A stretch of 64,000 nt of DNA from Eledone cirrhosa. Taxonomy: Eukaryota. The stretch lies in NCBI GenBank assembly GCA_964016885.1, contig OZ024742.1, forward strand, positions 165,044,001-165,108,000. The letters run 5' to 3'. The notes beneath the pieces were generated by a model, which was not told the origin of the DNA, did no database searches, and saw only the letters and a list, made by a program, of their open reading frames with translations. Both the position numbers and the translations under genes were made by a program. This document shows, piece after piece, positions 27,301 through 41,800 of this stretch (within the stretch, counting starts at the first letter, position 1; each line of letters opens with the position of its first letter).

Positions 27301-30300
27301 TTTTACAAATTATCTCCCCCTGATTTATTTTACAAATTATCTCCCCCTGATTTTTTTTTACAAATTATCTCCCCCTGATTTTTTTTACAAATTATCTCCC
27401 CCTGATATTTTTTACAAATTATCTCCCCCTGATTTTTTTACAAATTATCTCCCCTTGGCTGGCTGGAAATTATCTACCCTTGGAGGCTGGAATTTATCTC
27501 CCCTTGGACGGCTAGAAATTACCTCGCCTTGGACGGCTGGAAAATATGTCTCCTTGGACGGCTGGAAATTATCTCCCCTTGGACGGCTGGAAATTATCTC
27601 CCCTTGGACGGCTGGAAATTATCTCCCCTTGGACGGCTAGATATTACCTCCCCTTGGACGGCTGGAAATTATCTCCCCTTGATTTTTTTTACAAATTATC
27701 TCCCCCTGATTTTTTTTTACAAATTATCTCCCCCTGATTTTTTTTTACGAAGTATCTCCCCCTGATTTTTTTTTACAAATTATCTCCGCCTGATTTTTTT
27801 TTAAAAATTATCTCCCCTTGAACGGCTGGAAATTATCTCCCCTTGGACGGCTGGAAATTATCTCCCCTTGGACGGCTAGAAATTACCTCTCCTTGGACGG
27901 CTGAAAATTATCTCCCATTGGACGGCTGCAAATTATCTCCCCTTGATTTTTTAACAAATTATCTCCCCCTGATTTTTTTTTACAAATTATCTCCCCCTGA
28001 TTTTTTTTTACAAATTATCTACGCCTAATTTTTTTTACAAATTATCTCCCCCTGATTTTTTTTTACAAATTATCTCCCCCTGATTTTTTTTACAAATTAT
28101 CTCCCCCTGATTTTTTTTTACAAATTATTTCCCCCTGATTTTTTTACAAATTATCTCCCCCCTGATTTTTTTTACAATCTCCGCCTGATTTTTTTAAAAA
28201 TTATCTTCCCTTGGCTGGCGGGAAATTATCTCCCCTTGGAGGCTGGAATTTATCTCCCCTTGGACGGCTAGAAATTACCTCTCCTTGGACGGCTGGAAAA
28301 TATGTCTCCTTGGACGGCTGGATATTATCTCCCCTTGGACGGCTGGAAATTATCTCCCCTTGATTTTTTTTACAAATTATCTCCCCCTGATTTTTTTTTA
28401 CAAATTATCTCCCCCTGATTTTTTTTTACAAATTATCTCCCCCTGATATTTTTTACAAATTATCTCCCCCTGATTTTTTTACAAATTATCTCCCCCTGAT
28501 TTTTTTTACGAATTATCTCCCCCCGATTTTTTTTACAAATTATCTCCGGCTGATTTTTTTTTTAAAATTATCTCCCCTTGAACGGCTGGAAATTATCTCC
28601 CCTTGGACGGCTGGAAATTATCTCCCCTTGGACGGCTAGAAATTACCTCTCCTTGGACGGCTGAAAATTATCTCCCCTTGGACGGCTGCAAATTATCTCC
28701 CCTTGATTTTTTAACAAATTATCTCCCCCTGATTTTTTTTTACAAATTATCTCCCCCTGATTTTTTTTTACAAATTATCTCCCCCTGATTTTTTTTTACA
28801 AATTATCTCCCCCTGATTTTTTTACAAATTATCTCCCCCTGATTTTTTTTACAATCTCCGCCTGATTTTTTAAAAAATTATCTTCCCTTGGCTGGCGGGA
28901 AATTATCTCCCCTTGGACGGCTGGAAATTATCTCCCCTTGGACGGCTGGAAATTATCTCCCCTTGGACAGCTGGAAATTATCTGCCCTTGATTTTGTTTT
29001 TACAAATTATCTCCCCCTGATTTTTTTTACAAATTATCTCCACCTGATTTTTTAAAAAATTATCTCCCCTTGGACGGCTGGAAATTATCTCCCCTTGATT
29101 TTTTTACAAATTATCTCCCCCTGATTTTTTTTACAAATTATCTCCCCCTGATTTTATGTTACAAATTATCTCCCCCTGATTTTTTTACAAATTATCTCCC
29201 CCTGATTTTTTTTACAAATTATCTCCGCCTGATTTTTTTAAATATTATCTTCCCTTGGCTGGCGGGAAATTATCTCCCCTTGGACGGCTGGAAATTATCT
29301 CCCCTTGATTTTTTTTACAAATTATCTCCCCCTGATTTTTTTTTACAAATTATCTCCCCCTGATTTTTTTTTACAAATTATCTCCCCCTGATTTTTTTTT
29401 ACAAATTATCTCCCCCTGATTTTTTTTTACAAATCTCCCCCTGATTTTTTTATAAATTATCTCCCCTTGGCTGGCTGGAAATTATCTCCCCTTGGAGGCT
29501 GGAATTTATCTCCCCTTGGACGGCTAGAAATTACCTCTCCTTGGATGGCTGGAAAATATGTCTCCTTGGACGGCTGGATATTATCTACCCTTGGACGGCT
29601 GGAAATTATCTCCCCTTGGACGGCTGGAAATTATCTCCCCTTGGACGGCTAGATATTACCTCCCATTGGACGGCTGGAAATTATCTCCCCTTGATTTTTT
29701 TTACTAATTATCTCCCCCTGATTTTTTTTTACAAATTATCTCCGCCTGATTTTTTTTTTAAAATTATCTCCCCTTGAACGGCTGGAAATTATCTCCCCTT
29801 GGACGGCTGGAAATTATCTCCCCTTGGACGGCTAGAAATTACCTCTCCTTGGACGGCTGAAAATTATCTCCCCTTGGACGGCTGCAAATTATCTCCCCTT
29901 GATTTTTTTAACAAATTATCTCCCCCTGATTTTTTTTTACAAATTATCTCCCCCTGATTTTTTTTTACAAATTATCTACGCCTAATTTTTTTTACAAATT
30001 ATCTCCCCCTGATTTTTTTTTACAAATTATCTCCCCCTGATTTTTTTTACAAATTATCTCCCCCTGATTTTTTTTACAAATTATCTCCCCCTGATTTTTT
30101 TACAAATTATCTCCCCCCTGATTTTTTTTACAATCTCCGCCTGATTTTTTTAAAAATTATCTTCCCTTGGCTGGCGGGAAATTATCTCCCCTTGGACGGC
30201 TGGAAATTATATCCCCTTGGAAGGATGGAAATTATCTCCCCTTGGACGGCTGGAAATTATCTCCCCTTGGACGGCTGGAAATTACCTCCCCTTGGACAGC

Positions 30301-33300
30301 TGGAAATTATCTGCCCTTGATTTTGTTTTTACAAATTATCTCCCCCTGATTTTTTTTACAAATTATCTCCACCTGATTTTTTAAAAAATTATCTCCCCTT
30401 GGACGGCTGGAAATTATCTCCCCTTGGACGGCTGGAAATTATCTCCCCTTGATTTTTTTTACAAATTATCTCCCCCTGATTTTTTTTTACAAATTATCTC
30501 CCCCTGATTTTTTTTACAAATTATCTCCCCCTGATTTTTTTTTACAAATTATTTCCCCCTGATTTTTTTACAAATTATCTCCCCCCTGATTTTTTTTACA
30601 ATCTCCGCCTGATTTTTTTAAAAATTATCTTCCCTTGGCTGGCGGGAAATTATCTCCCCTTGGACGGCTGGAAATTATATCCCCTTGGAAGGATGGAAAT
30701 TATCTCCCCTTGGACGGCTGGAAATTATCTCCCCTTGGACGGCTGGAAATTATCTCCCCTTGGACAGCTGGAAATTATCTGCCCTTGATTTTGTTTTTAC
30801 AAATTATCTCCCCCTGATTTTTTTTACAAATTATCTCCACCTGATTTTTTAAAAAATTATCTCCCCTTGGACGGCTGGAAATTATCTCCCCTTGATTTTT
30901 TTTACAAATTATCTCCCCCTGATTTTTTTTTACAAATTATCTCCCCCTGATTTTTTTTTACAAATTATCTCCCCCTGATTTTTTTTTACAAATTATCTCA
31001 CCCTGATTTTTTTTACAAATTATCTCTCCCTGATTTTTTTACAAATTATCTCCCCTTGGCTGGCTGGAAATTATCTCCCCTTGGAGGCTGGAATTTATCT
31101 CCCCTTGGACGGCTAGAAATTACCTCTCCTTGGACGGCTGGAAAATATGTCTCCTTGGACGGCTGGATATTATCTACCCTTGGACGGCTGGAAATTATCT
31201 CCCCTTGGACGGCTGGAAATTATCTCCTCTTGGACGGCTAGATATTACCTCCCCTTGGACGGCTGGAAATTATCTCCCCTTGATTTTTTTACAAATTATC
31301 TCCCCCTGATTTTTTTACAAATTATCTCCCCCTGATTTTTTTTACAAATTATCTCCGCCTAATTTTTTTAAATATTATCTTCCCTTGGCTGGCGGGAAAT
31401 TATCTCCCCTTGGACGGCTGAAAATTATCTCCCCTTGGACGGCTGGAATTTATCTCCCCTTGGACGGCTAGAAATTACCTCTCCTTGGAAGGCTGGAAAA
31501 TATGTCCTTGGACGGCTGGATATTATCTACCCTTGGACGGCTGGAAATTATCTCCCCTTGGACGGCTGGAAATTATCTCCCCTTGGACGGCTAGATATTA
31601 CCTCCCCTTGGACGGCTGAAAATTATCTCCCCTTGGACGGCTGGAAATTATCTCCCCTTGATTTTTTTTACAAATTATCTCCCCCTGATTATTTTTTACA
31701 AATTATCCCCTGATTTTTTTTTTACAAATTATCTCCCCCTGATTTTTTTTACAAATTATCTCCCCCTGATTTTTTTACAAATTATCTCCCCTTGGCTGGC
31801 TGGAAATTATCTCCCATTGGAGGCTGGAATTTATCTCCCCTTGGACGGTTAGAAATTACCTCCCCTTGGACGGCTGAAAAATATGTCTCCTTGGACGGCT
31901 GGAAATTATCGCCCCTTGGACGGCTGGAAATTATCTCCCCTTGGACGGCTGGAAATTATCTCTCATCGGACGGCTAGAAATTACCTCTCCTTGGACAGCT
32001 GAAAATTATCTCCCCTTGGACGGCTGGAAATTATCTCCCCTTGATTTTTTTTACAAATTATCTCCCCCTGATTTTTTTTTACAAATTATCTCCCCCTGAT
32101 TTTTTTTTACAAATTATCTCCCCCTGATTTTTTTTTACAAATTATCTCCCCCTGATATTTTTTACAAATTATCTCCCCCTGATTTTTTTACAAATTATCT
32201 CCCCTTGGCTGGCTGGAAATTATCTCCCCTTGGAGGCTGGAATTTATCTCCCCTTGGACGGCTAGAAATTACCTCGCCTTGGACGGCTGGAAAATATGTC
32301 TCCTTGGACGGCTGGAAATTATCTCCCCTTGGACGGCTGGAAATTATCTCCCCTTGGACAGCTGGAAATTATCTCCCCTTGGACGGCTAGATATTACCTC
32401 CCCTTGGACGGCTGGAAATTATCTCCCCTTGATTTTTTTTACAAATTATCTCCCCCTGATTTTTTTTTACGAATTATCTCCCCCCGATTTTTTTTTACAA
32501 ATTATCTCCGGCTGATTTTTTTTTAAAAATTATCTCCCCTTGAACGGCTGGAAATTATCTCCCCTTGGACGGCTGGAAATTATCTCCCCTTGGACGGCTA
32601 GAAATTACCTCTCCTTGGACGGCTGAAAATTATCTCCCCTTGGACGGCTGCAAATTATCTCCCCTTGATTTTTTAACAAATTATCTCCCCCTGATTTTTT
32701 TTTACAAATTATCTCCCCCTGATTTTTTTTTACAAATTATCTCCCCCTGATTTTTTTTTACAAATTATCTCCCCCTGATTTTTTTACAAATTATCTCCCC
32801 CTGATTTTTTTTACAATCTCCGCCTGATTTTTTAAAAAATTATCTTCCCTTGGCTGGCGGGAAATTATCTCCCCTTGGACGGCTGGAAATCATCTCCCCT
32901 TGGACGGCTGGAAATTATCTCCCCTTGGACAGCTGGAAATTATCTGCCCTTGATTTTGTTTTTACAAATTATCTCCCCCTGATTTTTTTTACAAATTATC
33001 TCCACCTGATTTTTTAAAAAATTATCTCCCCTTGGACGGCTGGAAATTATCTCCCCTTGATTTTTTTACAAATTATCTCCCCCTGATTTTTTTTACAAAT
33101 TATCTCCCCCTGATTTTATGTTACAAATTATCTCCCCCTGATTTTTTTACAAATTATCTCCCCCTGATTTTTTTTACAAATTATCTCCGCCTGATTTTTT
33201 TAAATATTATCTTCCCTTGGCTGGCGGGAAATTATCTCCCCTTGGACGGCTGGAAATTATCTCCCCTTGATTTTTTTTACAAATTATCTCCCCCTGATTT

Positions 33301-35339
33301 TTTTTTACAAATTATCTCCCCCTGATTTTTTTTTACAAATTATCTCCCCCTGATTTTTTTTTACAAATTATCTCCCCCTGATTTTTTTTTACAAATCTCC
33401 CCCTGATTTTTTTATAAATTATCTCCCCTTGGCTGGCTGGAAATTATCTCCCCTTGGAGGCTGGAATTTATCTCCCCTTGGACGGCTAGAAATTACCTCT
33501 CCTTGGATGGCTGGAAAATATGTCTCCTTGGACGGCTGGATATTATCTACCCTTGGACGGCTGGAAATTATCTCCCCTTGGACGGCTGGAAATTATCTCC
33601 CCTTGGACGGCTAGATATTACCTCCCATTGGACGGCTGGAAATTATCTCCCCTTGATTTTTTTTACAAATTATCTCCCCCTGATTTTTTTTTACGAATTA
33701 TCTCCCCCTGATTTTTTTTTACAAATTATCTCCGCCTGATTTTTTTTTTAAAATTATCTCCCCTTGAACGGCTGGAAATTATCTCCCCTTGGACGGCTGG
33801 AAATTATCTCCCCTTGGACGGCTAGAAATTACCTCTCCTTGGACGGCTGAAAATTATCTCCCCTTGGACGGCTGCAAATTATCTCCCCTTGATTTTTTTA
33901 ACAAATTATCTCCCCCTGATTTTTTTTTACAAATTATCTCCCCCTGATTTTTTTTACAAATTATCTACGCCTAATTTTTTTTACAAATTATCTTCCCCTG
34001 ATTTTTTTTTACAAATTATCTCCCCCTGATTTTTTTTACAAATTATCTCCCCTTGGCTGGCTGGAAATTATCTCCCCTTGGAGGCTGGAATTTATCTCCC
34101 CTTGGACGGTTAGAAATTACCTCTCCTTGGACTGCTGGAAAATATGTCTCCTTGGACGGCTGGAAATTATCTCCCCTTGGACGGCTGGAAATTATCTCCC
34201 CTTGGACGGCTGGAAATTATCTCTCCTCGGACGACTAGAAATTACCTCTCCTTGGACAGCTGAAAATTATCTCCCCTTGGACGGCTGGAAATTATCTCCC
34301 CTTGATTTTTTTTACAAATTATCTCCCCCTGATTTATTTTACAAATTATCTCCCCCTGATTTTTTTTTACAAATTATCTCCCCCTGATTTTTTTTACAAA
34401 TTATCTCCCCCTGATATTTTTTACAAATTATCTCCCCCTGATTTTTTTACAAATTATCTCCCCTTGGCTGGCTGGAAATTATCTACCCTTGGAGGCTGGA
34501 ATTTATCTCCCCTTGGACGGCTAGAAATTACCTCGCCTTGGACGGCTGGAAAATATGTCTCCTTGGACGGCTGGAAATTATCTCCCCTTGGACGGCTGGA
34601 AATTATCTCCCCTTGGACGGCTGGAAATTATCTCCCCTTGGACGGCTAGATATTACCTCCCCTTGGACGGCTGGAAATTATCTCCCCTTGATTTTTTTTA
34701 CAAATTATCTCCCCCTGATTTTTTTTTACAAATTATCTCCCCCTGATTTTTTTTTACGAAGTATCTCCCCCTGATTTTTTTTTACAAATTATCTCCGCCT
34801 GATTTTTTTTTAAAAATTATCTCCCCTTGAACGGCTGGAAATTATCTCCCCTTGGACGGCTGGAAATTATCTCCCCTTGGACGGCTAGAAATTACCTCTC
34901 CTTGGACGGCTGAAAATTATCTCCCATTGGACGGCTGCAAATTATCTCCCCTTGATTTTTTAACAAATTATCTCCCCCTGATTTTTTTTTACAAATTATC
35001 TCCCCCTGATTTTTTTTTACAAATTATCTACGCCTAATTTTTTTTACAAATTATCTCCCCCTGATTTTTTTTTACAAATTATCTCCCCCTGATTTTTTTT
35101 ACAAATTATCTCCCCCTGATTTTTTTTTACAAATTATTTCCCCCTGATTTTTTTACAAATTATCTCCCCCCTGATTTTTTTTACAATCTCCGCCTGATTT
35201 TTTTAAAAATTATCTTCCCTTGGCTGGCGGGAAATTATCTCCCCTTGGAGGCTGGAATTTATCTCCCCTTGGACGGCTAGAAATTACCTCTCCTTGGACG
35301 GCTGGAAAATATGTCTCCTTGGACGGCTGGATATTATCT
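24349..35339 (+). repeat. Direct repeat of ~4 kb at offset 7,008-7,009 bp (24349-28330 vs ~31357-35339); also seen as 1-1670 vs 7010-8679
   Basis: ORF pairs 24427/31435, 25557/32565, 26420/33429, 27044/34053, 384/7393 and 1183/8192. The match ends at GATATTATCTCCCC versus GATATTATCTACCC. Confidence 0.88.
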
Positions 35340-38300
35340 ACCCTTGGACGGCTGGAAATTATCTCCCCTTGGACGGCTGGAAATTATCTCCTCTTGGACG
35401 GCTAGATATTACCTCCCCTTGGACGGCTGGAAATTATCTCCCCTTGATTTTTTTACAAATTATCTCCCCCTGATTTTTTTACAAATTATCTCCCCCTGAT
35501 TTTTTTTACAAATTATCTCCGCCTAATTTTTTTAAATATTATCTTCCCTTGGCTGGCGGGAAATTATCTCCCCTTGGACGGCTGAAAATTATCTCCCCTT
35601 GGACGGCTGGAAATTATCTCCCCTTGATTTTTTTTACAAATTATCTCCCCCTGATTTTTTTTTACAAATTATCTCCCCCTGATTTTTTTTACAAATTATC
35701 TCCCCCTGATTTTTTTACAAATTATCTCCCCTTGGCTGGCTGGAAATTATCTCCCCTTGGAGGCTGGAATTTATCTCCCCTTGGACGGCTAGAAATTACC
35801 TCTCCTTGGAAGGCTGGAAAATATGTCCTTGGACGGCTGGATATTATCTACCCTTGGACGGCTGGAAATTATCTCCCCTTGGACGGCTGGAAATTATCTC
35901 CCCTTGGACGGCTAGATATTACCTCCCCTTGGACGGCTGAAAATTATCTCCCCTTGGACGGCTGGAAATTATCTCCCCTTGATTTTTTTTACAAATTATC
36001 TCCCCCTGATTATTTTTTACAAATTATCCCCTGATTTTTTTTTTACAAATTATCTCCCCCTGATTTTTTTTACAAATTATCTCCCCCTGATTTTTTTACA
36101 AATTATCTCCCCTTGGCTGGCTGGAAATTATCTCCCATTGGAGGCTGGAATTTATCTCCCCTTGGACGGTTAGAAATTACCTCCCCTTGGACGGCTGGAA
36201 AATATGTCTCCTTGGACGGCTGGAAATTATCGCCCCTTGGATGGCTGGAAATTATCTCCCCTTGGACGGCTGGAAATTATCTCTCATCGGACGGCTAGAA
36301 ATTACCTCTCCTTGGACAGCTGAAAATTATCTCCCCTTGGACGGCTGGAAATTATCTCCCCTTGATTTTTTTTACAAATTATCTCCCCCTGATTTTTTTT
36401 TACAAATTATCTCCCCCTGATTTTTTTTTACAAATTATCTCCCCCTGATTTTTTTTTACAAATTATCTCCCCCTGATATTTTTTACAAATTATCTCCCCC
36501 TGATTTTTTTACAAATTATCTCCCCTTGGCTGGCTGGAAATTATCTCCCCTTGGAGGCTGGAATTTATCTCCCCTTGGACGGCTAGAAATTACCTCGCCT
36601 TGGACGGCTGGAAAATATGTCTCCTTGGACGGCTGGAAATTATCTCCCCTTGGACGGCTGGAAATTATCTCCCCTTGGACAGCTGGAAATTATCTCCCCT
36701 TGGACGGCTAGATATTACCTCCCCTTGGACGGCTGGAAATTATCTCCCCTTGGACGGCTGGAAATTATATCCCCTTGGACGGCTGGAAATTACCTCCCCT
36801 TGGACAGCTGGAAATTATCTGCCCTTGATTTTGTTTTTACAAATTATCTCCCCCTGATTTTTTTTACAAATTATCTCCACCTGATTTTTTAAAAAATTAT
36901 CTCCCCTTGGACGGCTGGAAATTATCTCCCCTTGATTTTTTTTACAAATTATCTCCCCCTGATTTTTTTTTACAAATTATCTCCCCCTGATTTTTTTTTA
37001 CAAATTATCTCCCCCTGATTTTTTTTTACAAATTATCTGCCCCTGATTTTTTTTACAAATTATCTCCCCCTGATTTTTTTACAAATTATCTCCCCTTGGC
37101 TGGCTGGAAATTATCTCCCCTTGGAGGCTGGAATTTATCTCCCCTTGGACGGCTAGAAATTACCTCTCCTTGGACGGCTGGAAAATATTTCTCCTTGGAC
37201 GGCTGGATATTATCTACCCTTGGACGGGTGGAAATTATCTCCCCTTGGACGGCTGGAAATTATCTCCCCTTGGACGGCTAGATATTACCTCCCCTTGGAC
37301 GACTGGAAATTATCTCCCCTTGATTTTTTTTACAAATTATCTCCCCCTGATTTTTTTTTTACAAATTATCTCCCCCTGATTTTTTTTACAAATTATCTCC
37401 GACTGATTTTTTTAAATATTATCTTCTCTTGGCTGGCGGGAAATTATCTCCCCTTGGACGGCTGAAAATTATCTCCCCTTGGACGGCTGGAAATTATCTC
37501 CCCTTGATTTTTTTTACAAATTATCTCCCCCTGATTTTTTTTTACAAATTATCTCCCCCTGATTTTTTTTTACAAATTATCTCCCCCTGATTTTTTTTTT
37601 ACAAATTATCTCCCCCTGATTTATTTACAAATTATCTCCCCCTGATTTTTTTTACAAATTATCTCCGCCTGATTTTTTTAAATATTATCTTCTCTTGGCT
37701 GGCGGGAAATTATCTCCCCTTGGACGGCTGAAAATTATCTCCCCTTGGACGGCTGGAAATTATCTCCCCTTGATTTTTTTTACAAATTATCTCCCCCTGA
37801 TTTTTTTTTACAAATTATCTCCCCCTGATTTTTTTTTACAAATTATCTCCCCCTGATTTTTTTTTACAAATTATCTCCCCCTGATTTTTTTTACAAATTA
37901 TCTCCCCCTGATTTTTTTACAAATTATCTCCCCTTGGCTGGCTGGAAATTATCTCCCCTTGGAGGCTGGAATTTATCTCCCCTTGGACGGCTAGAAATTA
38001 CCTCTCCTTGGACGGCTGGAAAATATGTCCTTGGACGGCTGGATATTATCTACCCTTGGACGGCTGGAAATTATCTCTCCTCGGACGACTAGAAATTACC
38101 TCTCCTTGGACAGCTGAAAATTATCTCCCCTTGGACGGCTGGAAATTATCTCCCCTTGATTTTTTTTACAAATTATCTCCCCCTGATTTATTTTACAAAT
38201 TATCTCCCCCTGATTTTTTTTTACAAATTATCTCCCCCTGATTTTTTTTACAAATTATCTCCCCCTGATATTTTTTACAAATTATCTCCCCCTGATTTTT

Positions 38301-38831
38301 TTACAAATTATCTCCCCTTGGCTGGCTGGAAATTATCTACCCTTGGAGGCTGGAATTTATCTCCCCTTGGACGGCTAGAAATTACCTCGCCTTGGACGGC
38401 TGGAAAATATGTCTCCTTGGACGGCTGGAAATTATCTCCCCTTGGACGGCTGGAAATTATCTCCCCTTGGACGGCTGGAAATTATCTCCCCTTGGACGGC
38501 TAGATATTACCTCCCCTTGGACGGCTGGAAATTATCTCCCCTTGATTTTTTTTACAAATTATCTCCCCCTGATTTTTTTTTACAAATTATCTCCCCCTGA
38601 TTTTTTTTTACGAAGTATCTCCCCCTGATTTTTTTTTACAAATTATCTCCGCCTGATTTTTTTTAAAAAATTATCTCCCCTTGAACGGCTGGAAATTATC
38701 TCCCCTTGGACGGCTGGAAATTATCTCCCCTTGGACGGCTAGAAATTACCTCTCCTTGGACGGCTGAAAATTATCTCCCATTGGACGGCTGCAAATTATC
38801 TCCCCTTGATTTTTTAACAAATTATCTCCCC

Positions 38832-41800
38832 CTGATTTTTTTTTACAAATTATCTCCCCCTGATTTTTTTTTACAAATTATCTACGCCTAATTTTTTTTA
38901 CAAATTATCTCCCCCTGATTTTTTTTTACAAATTATCTCCCCCTGATTTTTTTTACAAATTATCTCCCCCTGATTTTTTTTTACAAATTATTTCCCCCTG
39001 ATTTTTTTACAAATTATCTCCCCCCTGATTTTTTTTACAATCTCCGCCTGATTTTTTTAAAAATTATCTTCCCTTGGCTGGCGGGAAATTATCTCCCCTT
39101 GGACGGCTGGAAATTATATCCCCTTGGAAGGATGGAAATTATCTCCCCTTGGACGGCTGGAAATTATCTCCCCTTGGACGGCTGGAAATTATCTCCCCTT
39201 GGACAGCTGGAAATTATCTGTCCTTGATTTTGTTTTTACAAATTATCTCCCCCTGATTTTTTTTACAAATTATCTCCACCTGATTTTTTAAAAAATTATC
39301 TCCCCTTGGACGGCTGGAAATTATCTCCCCTTGATTTTTTTTACAAATTATCTCCCCCTGATTTTTTTTTACAAATTATCTCCCCCTGATTTTTTTTTAC
39401 AAATTATCTCCCCCTGATTTTTTTTTACAAATTATCTCACCCTGATTTTTTTTACAAATTATCTCTCCCTGATTTTTTTACAAATTATCTCCCCTTGGCT
39501 GGCTGGAAATTATCTCCCCTTGGAGGCTGGAATTTATCTCCCCTTGGACGGCTAGAAATTACCTCTCCTTGGACGGCTGGAAAATATGTCTCCTTGGACG
39601 GCTGGATATTATCTACCCTTGGACGGCTGGAAATTATCTCCCCTTGGACGGCTGGAAATTATCTCCTCTTGGACGGCTAGATATTACCTCCCCTTGGACG
39701 GCTGGAAATTATCTCCCCTTGATTTTTTTACAAATTATCTCCCCCTGATTTTTTTACAAATTATCTCCCCCTGATTTTTTTTACAAATTATCTCCGCCTA
39801 ATTTTTTTAAATATTATCTTCCCTTGGCTGGCGGGAAATTATCTCCCCTTGGACGGCTGAAAATTATCTCCCCTTGGACGGCTGGAAATTATCTCCCCTT
39901 GATTTTTTTTACAAATTATCTCCCCCTGATTTTTTTTTACAAATTATCTCCCCCTGATTTTTTTTACAAATTATCTCCCCCTGTTTTTTTTACAAATTAT
40001 CTCCCCTTGGCTGGCTGGAAATTATCTCCCCTTGGAGGCTGGAATTTATCTCCCCTTGGACGGCTAGAAATTACCTCTCCTTGGAAGGCTGGAAAATATG
40101 TCCTTGGACGGCTGGATATTATCTACCCTTGGACGGCTGGAAATTATCTCCCCTTGGACGGCTGGAAATTATCTCCCCTTGGACGGCTAGATATTACCTC
40201 CCCTTGGACGGCTGAAAATTATCTCCCCTTGGACGGCTGGAAATTATCTCCCCTTGATTTTTTTTTACAAATTATCTCCCCCTGATTATTTTTTACAAAT
40301 TATCCCCTGATTTTTTTTTTACAAATTATCTCCCCCCGATTTTTTTTACAAATTATCTCCCCCTGATTTTTTTACAAATTATCTCCCCTTGGCTGGCTGG
40401 AAATTATCTCCCATTGGAGGCTGGAATTTATCTCCCCTTGGACGGTTAGAAATTACCTCCCCTTGGACAGCTGAAAATTATCTCCCCTTGGACGGCTGGA
40501 AATTATCTCCCCTTGATTTTTTTTACAAATTATCTCCCCCTGATTTTTTTTTACAAATTATCTCCCCCTGATTTTTTTTTACAAATTATCTCCCCCTGAT
40601 TTTTTTTTACAAATTATCTCCCCCTGATATTTTTTACAAATTATCTCCCCCTGATTTTTTTACAAATTATCTCCCCTTGGCTGGCTGGAAATTATCTCCC
40701 CTTGGAGGCTGGAATTTATCTCCCCTTGGACGGCTAGAACTTACCTCGCCTTGGACGGCTGGAAAATATGTCTCCTTGGACGGCTGGAAATTATCTCCCC
40801 TTGGACGGCTGGAAATTATCTCCCCTTGGACAGCTGGAAATTATCTCCCCTTGGACGGCTAGATATTACCTCCCCTTGGACGGCTGGAAATTATCTCCCC
40901 TTGATTTTTTTTACAAATTATCTCCCCCTGATTTTTTTTTACAAATTATCTCCCCCTGATTTTTTTTTACGAATTATCTCCCCCCGATTTTTTTTTACAA
41001 ATTATCTCCGCCTGATTTTTTTTAAAAAATTATCTCCCCTTGAACGGCTGGAAATTATCTCCCCTTGGACGGCTGGAAATTATCTCCCCTTGGACGGCTA
41101 GAAATTACCTCTCCTTGGACGGCTGAAAATTATCTCCCCTTGGACGGCTGCAAATTATCTCCCCTTGATTTTTTAACAAATTATCTCCCCCTGATTTTTT
41201 TTTACAAATTATCTCCCCCTGATTTTTTTTTACAAATTATCTCCCCCTGATTTTTTTTTACAAATTATCTCCCCCTGATTTTTTTACAAATTATCTCCCC
41301 CTGATTTTTTTTACAATCTCCGCCTGATTTTTTAAAAAATTATCTTCCCTTGGCTGGCGGGAAATTATCTCCCCTTGGACGGCTGGAAATTATCTCCCCT
41401 TGATTTTTTTACAAATTATCTCCCCCTGATTTTTTTTACAAATTATCTCCCCCTGATTTTATGTTACAAATTATCTCCCCCTGATTTTTTTACAAATTAT
41501 CTCCCCCTGATTTTTTTTACAAATTATCTCCGCCTGATTTTTTTAAATATTATCTTCCCTTGGCTGGCGGGAAATTATCTCCCCTTGGACGGCTGGAAAT
41601 TATCTCCCCTTGATTTTTTTTACAAATTATCTCCCCCTGATTTTTTTTTACAAATTATCTCCCCCTGATTTTTTTTTACAAATTATCTCCCCCTGATTTT
41701 TTTTTACAAATTATCTCCCCCTGATTTTTTTTTACAAATCTCCCCCTGATTTTTTTATAAATTATCTCCCCTTGATTTTTTTTACAAATTATCTCCCCCT

